The notes below the pieces were generated by a model. It did no database searches and was not told the origin of the DNA. It saw nothing but the letters and a program-made list of their open reading frames with translations. Source: Halomonas sp. (GTDB lineage Bacteria; Pseudomonadota; Gammaproteobacteria; Pseudomonadales; Halomonadaceae). From it: a DNA stretch of 24,000 bases. The DNA is taken from contig NZ_JAXHNN010000009.1 in the NCBI RefSeq assembly GCF_034520545.1, positions 298,236-322,235 on the forward strand, in the 5' to 3' direction. Every line of letters begins with the position of its first letter. The first letter of the stretch is position 1. This document shows, in pieces, positions 16,990 through 24,000 of this stretch. The position numbers and the translations under genes were made by a program.

Positions 16990-17805
16990 TCAGTGCTGTG
17001 GACGATTGGGCTGAACCCGCCTCTGCAGGGAGGCGCGCAGCTTGTCGAAGTCGTCGCGTGGGACTTGCTCGGCCTGGCCGTACTTGCCGACGAACCATTC
17101 CTGGGTGGCCGGGGGACAGGCGGCGATCAGCTGGTTGATCTGCCCCGCCTGGAAGGGCGTGACCAGTTTCACCGGTGCGGCGGCCTGGCCGTTGTCGTCC
17201 TGGCCGCGGGTGGTGATGTTGAGCAAGGCGCACAGCACATAGCGCTTGCCGTAGCTGGTGGAAGAGCCGAAGGCCTGCACGGCATTCTTGCTGCCGCTGG
17301 TATCGGCCGGCAGCAGCATGCTGGTCTCCTCGCGGTGGCCGTCCTGGTGCATCAAGACACCGGTGATCTGGATACCGCGTTCCTGGGTCTGGATCCGAAA
17401 GCTCACCGCGAAGCCGTGTTTCTGCATGATCGGCCGCACGGTATCGACGATATCCTCCAGGGTGGCGTAGGCGCCGTTGTTGCCCTGGCCACGCTCGGCA
17501 ATGCTGGGTAGTTCGGTCTGCATGGCCGCCATGGCGGCGCTGTAGGCCATCAGTGCCTGGCGATCCAGCACGCGCTCCTGCATCTGCAACAGGCGCTCCA
17601 TCTTGTCGATGTCGACCTCGGGATTGAGAGCGGCCCGTTCGATCACCTGGATGATCGCCGTGCTCTCGTTCAGCGAAGAGGCAGGCGAAGGAACCGCCGC
17701 CGTCCTGCTGACGGCGGTCTGTCGGGGCTTCGTTGCCTGGCCATTGGCCTGGCTTTGTTGGGAATGGGGACGTTGGGACTGCTCGGAATGAATGGGGGTT
17801 GTCAT
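16990..17805 (-). CDS. ERF-family single-strand annealing protein
   Basis: LMAYSAAMAAMQTELPSIAERGQGNNGAYATLEDIVDTVRPIMQKHGFAVSFRIQ...GSSTSYGKRYVLCALLNITTRGQDDNGQAA matches the ERF superfamily signature. Confidence 0.9.
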   Translation of the reverse strand: MTTPIHSEQSQRPHSQQSQANGQATKPRQTAVSRTAAVPSPASSLNESTAIIQVIERAALNPEVDIDKMERLLQMQERVLDRQALMAYSAAMAAMQTELPSIAERGQGNNGAYATLEDIVDTVRPIMQKHGFAVSFRIQTQERGIQITGVLMHQDGHREETSMLLPADTSGSKNAVQAFGSSTSYGKRYVLCALLNITTRGQDDNGQAAAPVKLVTPFQAGQINQLIAACPPATQEWFVGKYGQAEQVPRDDFDKLRASLQRRVQPNRPQH

Positions 17806-17850
17806 GGTAGTTCTCCTTACCGGTCGTGAGAGAGCGTGTAAGAGTGAGGG

Positions 17851-18057
17851 TTAGCGATAGCGATCGATGACGTCCTGGAGCTGGTCGGCGGGGACTGGCT
17901 CCAGCGACACGACCACGTGGAAGACCCGGCCATGGGCCAGCACGTGGGTCTGGGTTTGACGTTCGCCGGCCTCGAGCAGCTGGCGAGCCAGCTGGGTCAA
18001 GACGCGGCAGGTCTCGAGCGAGAGTGGTGGTGGCATCAGAACCTCCAGACACGACAA
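17851..18057 (-). CDS. Small hypothetical protein between ERF and DUF932 genes
   Basis: 68-aa ORF collinear with its neighbours, filling the gap between the two conserved genes; no recognised domain. Confidence 0.45.
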   Translation of the reverse strand: MSCLEVLMPPPLSLETCRVLTQLARQLLEAGERQTQTHVLAHGRVFHVVVSLEPVPADQLQDVIDRYR

Positions 18058-18058
18058 C

Positions 18059-18080
18059 GCCCGGCCTGGAGGGGCCGGGC
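18059..18080. other. GC-rich hairpin in the intergenic gap upstream of the 68-aa ORF
   Basis: GCCCGGCC (18059-18066), loop TGGAGG, GGCCGGGC (18073-18080): a perfect 8-bp stem. No clear T-tract in either direction. Confidence 0.6.
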
Positions 18081-18119
18081 GCTATGCCGTGAACGAGATG
18101 GGTGGATTAACGGAATGGA

Positions 18120-19088
18120 TCAGGCCACCAGCGCCATGGCCGAGGCCAGGGCCTTGTCCTTGAGACTAGCCCCCTGACCGAACCAGGCGGAGTCCATGCG
18201 ATAGTCGTTGCTGCGCGCGCGTTTCTCGTGATCCACGTACTCGGTCACCGCGTTGAGCAAGCCCCAGGCGGTACCCTGAGCGGTACACAGCTGCGAGCCC
18301 CGCCCTTCGCCGTGATAGAGCGACTGCACCCGGTTCAGCGCCCGCACGTTGGGTAGCCTGGCGGGATCGTCCAGCGTTTCGTCGGTATTGCAGATCACCG
18401 ACTGGAAGTACGCCTTGGCTTCGGACTGGCTGACCTTGCGCTCGGCCAGGGTCTTGAGCCGATACATGAAGTCGTCCCACTGGGCGACCGAGATCCCCAG
18501 TTGCTGCTTGACCCGCCGTGCATCGAACTCGGTGCTGTGCGGGACCCTTACTCCCTGGCTCATGCCGTCCACGGCAATGGTCAGGGTGTTGTTGCAGACC
18601 ACCCGCACCGAGGTGGGGGTGGCGACGGTGGCCAGGGATCCGTCACAGGACGTGGCCAGCAGCAGGTAGGCGTTGACCTGATCCTGGCCTTTCAAGGCAC
18701 TCCCCAGCCCGCTGCGAGCCAGCGCCCAGAACTTGCGCCCACCCTTGAGCACCCCGGCGGTCTCCAATTCATAACCGGCGTATTCGGTAAGATCACGGTA
18801 GAACTCCAGCACCTCTTCGGGCTGGACCACCTTGTAACGACGCGAGACCACCGACAGCGGGGCCCGGGTGTCGGAGCGGTAGAGCACCTTCTGTTCAGGG
18901 AAGGAATAGATGCTGCCGAGATGCCCTGCCCCATCGGCGATGAAGCGCACCGGCGCCTCTTCGATGGACCAGTCCATACCGGCCTGTTGCCGCCAGACCT
19001 CCAGCGGTTGATGACGCGAGAGTTGTTGCCCCAGGCCGTGCCAGGGGGTGACGCCGACATACGCCATCTGTTCGAGTTGATGGGCCAT
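18120..19088 (-). CDS. DUF932 phage/plasmid-like protein
   Basis: MAHQLEQMAYVGVTPWHGLGQQL...YSFPEQKVLYRSDTRAPLSVVSRRYKVVQPEEVLEFYRDLTE...YLLLATSCDGSLATVATPTSVRVVCNNTL...HSTEFDARRVKQQL matches the DUF932/plasmid-like family. Confidence 0.93.
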   Translation of the reverse strand: MAHQLEQMAYVGVTPWHGLGQQLSRHQPLEVWRQQAGMDWSIEEAPVRFIADGAGHLGSIYSFPEQKVLYRSDTRAPLSVVSRRYKVVQPEEVLEFYRDLTEYAGYELETAGVLKGGRKFWALARSGLGSALKGQDQVNAYLLLATSCDGSLATVATPTSVRVVCNNTLTIAVDGMSQGVRVPHSTEFDARRVKQQLGISVAQWDDFMYRLKTLAERKVSQSEAKAYFQSVICNTDETLDDPARLPNVRALNRVQSLYHGEGRGSQLCTAQGTAWGLLNAVTEYVDHEKRARSNDYRMDSAWFGQGASLKDKALASAMALVA

Positions 19089-19278
19089 AAGAAAGATCTC
19101 CTGAATAGGGCGTGCCTGCACCACGGCATAACGGCCCGCACTGCCAGGCAGGCAGGCGGACCGAGGGGGTGATGTCAGGATAGCCGGAAGGTTGAGTTAC
19201 CAACGGAAGTGAAGGAACAAGAAGCGAAGCAAGAGGCGACCGAGGACGCCGGGAGCGAGGTGTACACCGACAACGCGA

Positions 19279-19653
19279 TCAGTGCTCGGTGTCAGGGGGT
19301 GGTAGCCGAAGGATGGGCATTTCGGCCAGCGGCAGCCGGAAGGTGTGGCCACAGGCGCGACACTCGAGGTTGTCGAGCACCTTGGCATCCAGCTCGTCAC
19401 CGAGCCGGGCCCCGGCGATACCACCCGCGGTACCCCCGACCAGGGCACCGAACAGCGCACCGGCCAGGCTACCCACGGAAGCACCGACCGGACCAGCGAC
19501 GAAACCCACCGTGGCACCGGCCTTGGCGCCGCTCAGCGCGCCCATGGCCCCGGTGGTGCCGCCCGAGAGCACGCCGGTGGTGGTGCCCACCGAACGCCCC
19601 AGTTGACGGGGCACAAGCTGCGACGAGGCGCAGCGCGGACAGGTAGCAGACAT
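19279..19653 (-). CDS. Zinc-ribbon plus glycine-zipper membrane-type protein
   Basis: MSATCPRCASSQLVPRQLG...GGTTGAMGALSGAKAGATVGFVAGPVGASVGSLAGALFGALVGGTAGGIAGARLGDELDAK...LECRACGHTFRLP: CxxC pairs at both ends bracket a long Gly/Ala zipper. The start at 19653 follows an aggaga-type RBS. Confidence 0.7.
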   Translation of the reverse strand: MSATCPRCASSQLVPRQLGRSVGTTTGVLSGGTTGAMGALSGAKAGATVGFVAGPVGASVGSLAGALFGALVGGTAGGIAGARLGDELDAKVLDNLECRACGHTFRLPLAEMPILRLPPPDTEH

Positions 19654-20019
19654 GAGGATCTCCTGAATGAAGTGGAAAGGACGAAACCCTATGGCGGGTC
19701 TTCCCTCAAGTAATACGGGGCTGACGTTTTTTTGAATCGAATCGTAGGGATTATCGGCTCCAGGAGTGTTTTCTATTGGCAATCGTTTATCCGCCAGCCC
19801 AGTATACAAAAAATAACAAAAACACTAAGGAATCCAGAATAGTCCGACAAAGTCCACAGTATTCCAGCTATCACAGGCAGCAGGATTTTGGCCAGTAGAT
19901 GCGCTTGCGAGCGCTGCCTGACCTGCCTAATATCAGCTCCGTAGCGCACGCCAAGAAGGGCAAAGCGCTGCGACGGAAACAAGGACTACCACTCTCCAAA
20001 AATTCCAGGAGGAATGAAG

Positions 20020-20415
20020 ATGGATTACGATTTACCTGAAGATGCGCTGCTTGAGCGCAAGCGGCTTGCTGAAGAAGCCAATGCTGAAAAAGCCAATGCC
20101 GATGAATTCGATGTCGATGCCGATGAATTCGATGTCGATGCCGATGAATTCGATGCCGAAGAGTTCGATGTTGGAGAAATGCAAATGGATGACGATCTTA
20201 GTGACGACGCACGTCTTGAGCGCGAGCAACTGGACGAAGAAGTTGGTTCTGAAGAGCAGGACATACAGCATGAAGAAGATTTAGAGGAAAACAGATCGCG
20301 GCGAGCGAAAGAGTATTGCGCCATATATGGTGTTATGCCGGAAAATGATCCTGATCTAGAAGGAGAAGATACAGAGCTAGACGAGGAAGAAGAGGAGGAT
20401 CTGGTCGATACATAA
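20020..20415 (+). CDS. Highly acidic repeat protein of unknown function
   Basis: MDYDLPEDALLERKRLAEEANAEKANADEFDVDADEFDVDADEFDAEEFDVGEMQMDDD...DEEEEEDLVDT. AGGAGG at 20007-20012 with good spacing to the ATG at 20020. Confidence 0.6.
   Translation: MDYDLPEDALLERKRLAEEANAEKANADEFDVDADEFDVDADEFDAEEFDVGEMQMDDDLSDDARLEREQLDEEVGSEEQDIQHEEDLEENRSRRAKEYCAIYGVMPENDPDLEGEDTELDEEEEEDLVDT
20101..20163 (+). repeat. 21-bp in-frame tandem repeat (gatgaattcgatgtcgatgcc), 2 exact copies plus 1 degenerate
   Basis: Read directly: 20101-20121 and 20122-20142 are identical, and 20143-20163 is gatgaattcgatgccgaagag. It encodes DEFDVDA repeats. Confidence 0.9.
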
Positions 20416-20453
20416 ACCGAACCTAAAGCCTGAGGAATCCCCACGAATATTGG

Positions 20454-21581
20454 CTATCCGTTGCATAAGGCCTGCTCCCTGACCTCCTCCTGAATGCATA
20501 CTTGAAGCGTTTTCCAGGAGGGCCAGGGGGCAGTACTGACACGATGACGCCGCAACCACTCCAGGCCCAGTCGCCACACGGAGAGCACGTTCCGATGCCG
20601 AATACTGTTGCTCTGGTAGCGCTGCTGTTGACCGCTGTCACGGACCTGCAGGCCGGCTATCATCACCGCGACATTGGCCAGCATGGCGATCAGTAGCAGG
20701 ATTTCGATTCGCTTGCCCTGCCGCGACTGATGCATGCCGAAGCCCAGTCCGAATAATGGGCTCTTGACGTCGCGGAAGCCTTCTTCAATCTGCATGCGCT
20801 GCCGGTAGATGGCCACCAACTTGTCTGCCAGCGTCGAGCGTGCCGGCAGATTGCTGACCAACACCCAAGGCTCCTTCTGGCGCCGAGCGATCGCGCGGCT
20901 CCCGCTGTCCTGGGAGACCAGCCCGCGCTTATTGCGATGTTTTCGCCCCTGTGGTGGCCGATGGTAGAGCACCATGTAGGTGGTGAGCGGGTTGCTCTCG
21001 GCGATCTGGACGGCGCCCAGTGCGCGCGATTCCGAGGTCGCTTGCGGAAACAGATCTGCCACGGGCTGCCACTCATGCCCCGGTATCTGGCAGCGAGTTG
21101 GACTGCGTACCCGGCCAACGTAGTACCAGCCTCGTGCCTCGACCGCCTGAAACCAGGGATTGCGAAAGCCTGCATCGGTGACCAGGATCGGCGTCGCGTT
21201 GTTGCGGCATTGGGCAGGCAGGTTGTCGGCAACGCTGCTCAGTAACGCCTGAGACATGTCACAGGCCTCCTCGACTACGTTGTCCAAGTTGCCGCTCTGC
21301 ACCGCCAGAAAGGCTCTGAATGACTTAATAGCCTCCTTGCCATGGCCGAGGACGGCGAAGAGCACCGGCTCCTGCTTGCGCTGCATGTCGAGAAACACCG
21401 TGACATAGCGATGACCCCGTTGTGTGGCCGTCTCGTCCACGCCGACGGTGGTCACACTGGAGAGATCCAACTCACCCAACATGTGGCCCACGTAGTGGTG
21501 CACGATGCGCCACAGGCGCTTGTCGAAAATCTCCAACTGCCGGGAGACTACCAGCACCGGCATCTCATTGACCAACGCCAT
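20454..21581 (-). pseudogene. Chimeric transposase ORF: ISL3-family N-terminal part fused in frame to IS4-family (IS10-like) C-terminal part
   Basis: aa 7-120 (VVSRQLEIFDKRLWRIVHHYV...TTVGVDETATQRGHRYVTVFLDM...SFRAFLAV...EEACDMSQALLSSVADNLP) is ISL3-like. aa ~125-376 (PILVTDAGFRNPWFQAVEARGWYYVGRVRSPT...QRMQIEEGFRDVKSPLFGLGFGMHQSRQGKRIEILLLIAMLANVA) is IS4/IS10-like. Confidence 0.75.
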
Positions 21582-22013
21582 GGCGGCCTGTTCGAACAGC
21601 GGGGTGAAGTCGCGGCGGGCCTCGTCCGGGACGCTACACCTGAGGCGGCGTGGCCGCCTGCCCTATGCCGATGCGGGACTCCGGCATCGCCGGATAAATT
21701 TCTACTGGCCAGCCGGTATTACATGAGACTCCTGCCAGGCGGTTCACGCCTTGGGGGATCAGGCCTCAGCGGGAGTCAGCCAGTCGGCTCGGTGTTGCGT
21801 TAATTTCGCGCGGTGGATGTATCCCAACCTCCATGACAGAGGGGGCGGAACAGTTGTTTGACTTTTGGCTAGCGGTAACGCTCTGACGGGGATGAAAGTA
21901 CAGATAAGCCAGCATCTCAGTGTCCTTGAATAAACACATACGTCAATTCGGTTATATCCTATGTAGCAAAGCGTAGGGTATGAGCCGTTGATAGAAAGGT
22001 CTAGCAAGTATCG

Positions 22014-22033
22014 AAGCGGGAACAGTCCCGCTT
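22014..22033. other. Hairpin near the start of an AT-rich non-coding stretch
   Basis: AAGCGGGA (22014-22021), loop ACAG, TCCCGCTT (22026-22033), followed by attatat; possible but unproven terminator. Confidence 0.5.
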
Positions 22034-22200
22034 ATTATATCGTGATAATTTGCATTTAACTTCAGAGCTAATAAAATCAACGGGAAGGCTTTTAGGTAAT
22101 AGTGGTTTTATTTCGATAAGCAAGGTAACAAATGCAATAACTTATTAGTTGCTTTAGGATACGTTAGTATTACCTATAGAACAATAGAACTATAACGCTA

Positions 22201-22224
22201 AGAGCAATAGAGCAATAGAGCAAT
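22201..22224. repeat. 8-bp tandem repeat (agagcaat) x3 with degenerate flanking copies
   Basis: Read directly: agagcaat agagcaat agagcaat acagagca, preceded around 22178 by the related agaacaat. Confidence 0.85.
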
Positions 22225-22690
22225 ACAGAGCACATACCTAATATCAATAAAGGAGAGTACCAATACAATATACACTAATATCAAAGCAATGTATCCAGTG
22301 TCAATAGATGCAAATTACAGTAATGCCAGAATGACTCAAGCTAGAAAGACGCTATTGCTAATCACTGGGCTTTACGGATGCTAAGGCATGGAACACCTTA
22401 AGTGTGCAATGCCTGTATCTCAATCTACCAGTAGGCAAGTGACTATTGTGTATCTTGATACAGCAAGGGGAATGTTCGATAGTTTATCTTATTAATACAG
22501 ATGTCCCGTGACGCCAAGCAGTCGGCGCTACTAAAGTGCGCCGAGTCTGACAGGAGTATGTCTCCGTAATTTCATTCTAGCATGAGTTAGCGGTTGTTGA
22601 TGGAAGCCTGGTTTTATTGGTTTCTTGTTTTTCGTGTTCTCTTCTCGCCCTGATGGGGCGATGAGAGCGGGTTAGAGATTTAGGAGATTG

Positions 22691-23398
22691 ATGATGATAA
22701 ACGATCGGTGTATGAACCGTAACTTGACGCCAATTACTGCGCCGGAGTATTCCCCCGAACCAGGGGTCGTGTTACCGATCTTGACGCAGGAAGGGCCGGT
22801 TGCAAAGGAGTATCTGGATATTATTTATCGTGTGACCTGGCAGGCGGTCGACGAGTACCGGCGTGTGTTGGTGTGCCGGTTCGACCTGACCTTGCCGCAT
22901 GGCGTGCCGTTGCCTGATGACGCCTACTCGAATCAGCCGCTACAGCGCTGCTTGGCCTCCTTTCAGGCCAAGGTGGATCAAGATCGCCTGCGTCGACAGA
23001 GTCCGCATGCCTGTCGGGTGCGTTACGTGGTAGCCCGTGAGATCAGCTCAGACGGCATGCCCCACTTCCACCTGATGCTGTTCTTCAACCTGCATGCCTA
23101 CAATACGCCGGGGACGGTGGATTACGAGGGTCGCAACCTCTTTGTCATGCTCTGTGAAGCTTGGGCGAGCGCACTGAGGGTGCCTGTCGAGACGGCGCGG
23201 CCTGGTGTACAGCTGTGTCGGGGACGCTTAGTGGAACAGGCGGGCTGGCATGGGCCGATGTATACCCACTACTACCTCGAGCCGGGTAACCACTACGCGG
23301 CCCTTCCGGCGATGTTCCTCCGCGGCAGCTACCTGTGCAAGCTCTACAGTAAGCGCTTCGGGGATGGTCACCGTGCTTTCTTGCACAGCCACCGATAA
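22691..23398 (+). CDS. YagK/YfjJ C-terminal domain / inovirus Gp2-like protein
   Basis: ITRVT-like block YLDIIYRVTWQAVDEYRRVLVCRFDLTLP..., RVRYVVAREISSDGMPHFHLMLFFNLHAY, and LVEQAGWHGPMYTHYYLEPGNHYAALPAMFLRGSYLCKLYSKRFGDGHRAF match this family. The ATG at 22691 follows taggaga. Confidence 0.8.
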   Translation: MMINDRCMNRNLTPITAPEYSPEPGVVLPILTQEGPVAKEYLDIIYRVTWQAVDEYRRVLVCRFDLTLPHGVPLPDDAYSNQPLQRCLASFQAKVDQDRLRRQSPHACRVRYVVAREISSDGMPHFHLMLFFNLHAYNTPGTVDYEGRNLFVMLCEAWASALRVPVETARPGVQLCRGRLVEQAGWHGPMYTHYYLEPGNHYAALPAMFLRGSYLCKLYSKRFGDGHRAFLHSHR

Positions 23399-23755
23399 TC
23401 GATCGCTGTGACTTTTCTTGCTTTCTGCTATCCCGATTCTCTGTGAGCGGTGCCCTACACGCCTCTACCTTGGTTTTCTGCTGGGTCGTGCTGCGACATG
23501 GTCTACCACCTTGATTTCAATGGCCGGGATCTTTCATTTGTCGCCATACTGTCAACGATTCCTCGGCGTTGACCAATTTGCCTCCTCCGCTTGCAGGTCG
23601 TGAAGGAAGCCTTCAGCGCATCAGAGGTTGTTGGTAGTGCGACAGTGATCCATGGTAGGCAACTTATCCTTACGCTTAATCAGGAGATATTAAATATAGC
23701 CCGAGGCGATCATCCGTATTTACTACATGAATTTTACTTTTACATGGCAGGCAAG

Positions 23756-24000
23756 CTATCGATCCAGATTTAGATCGTTAGAATCATAGGGTTCATCGGT
23801 GTTGTTACAAAAATGGCGAACCGCTTCGACAATGCTAATGGCAACCAACTGTTGGTGTTCCTCCCCTGCCAAGATCACCTCTTCACTTCGATTGACTATA
23901 ACGCCTGCCTCTAAAAGAACAGCAGGCATAATCGCGCTCTTTAGTACCACCAAATCATCAAAACGGTAAATTCCAAGGTTTGAATTCAAAAGGGGGCGAT
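23756..24000 (-). CDS. N-acetylmuramoyl-L-alanine amidase (Amidase_3) C-terminus, open at the window edge
   Basis: NLGIYRFDDLVVLKSAIMPAVLLEAGVIVNRSEEVILAGEEHQQLVAISIVEAVRHFCN resembles the amidase 3 motif (vLr.a.mPavLvE.GFisN..e...L....qq.iA.aI..gi..f). The frame stays open to position 24000. Confidence 0.6.
   Translation of the reverse strand, partial: RPLLNSNLGIYRFDDLVVLKSAIMPAVLLEAGVIVNRSEEVILAGEEHQQLVAISIVEAVRHFCNNTDEPYDSNDLNLDR

Noticed and set aside
16973-18052. 359-aa minus-strand ORF (MSGGSDATTTLARDLPRLDP...)
   Set aside because: Frame-shifted shadow of the ERF gene in GC-rich DNA; low-complexity Pro/Arg/Gly composition and no domain.
18501-19172. 223-aa plus-strand ORF antisense to the DUF932 gene
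   Set aside because: Antisense shadow ORF in high-GC sequence; the opposite frame encodes a clear DUF932 protein.
20690-21232. 180-aa alternate-frame ORF within the IS4-like transposase region
   Set aside because: Shadow frame; the 20454-21581 frame carries the conserved transposase motifs.
22201-22224. Possible CRISPR array in the AT-rich repeat zone
   Set aside because: Repeats are only 8 bp, directly adjacent and without spacers; no cas genes in the window.

Overview
This 24-kb window reads as an accessory region (genomic island or plasmid type) from a gammaproteobacterium, possibly Halomonas-like; that host guess is inference only. The clearest biological system is a complete, tightly overlapping four-gene operon at 9770-14341: a KAP-family P-loop NTPase, a small QatB-like protein, a QueC-like PP-loop enzyme and a TatD-like hydrolase. 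This is the published QatABCD anti-phage architecture. Around it lie umuDC with a LexA-like operator, a RES-domain NAD+ phosphorylase-type toxin candidate, and an MvaT/H-NS-like silencer. There is also a plasmid/phage-type recombination and accessory block (RadC, YqaJ-type exonuclease, ERF annealing protein, DUF932 protein, Zn-ribbon/glycine-zipper protein). Further features are a repeat-rich acidic protein, a YfjJ/inovirus Gp2-like protein, and a lot of IS debris. The IS debris includes a well-delimited IS1380-family element with IRs and TSD, an IS1595-family element, an IS3 remnant, an IS30 remnant and a chimeric ISL3::IS4 transposase ORF. A short HsdR N-terminus abutting a UmuC C-terminal remnant is also present. 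I found no RNA genes or CRISPR array. I see no clearly undescribed multi-gene system. The least explained loci are the RES protein, the ORF downstream of qatD, the glycine-zipper/Zn-ribbon protein and the acidic repeat protein.
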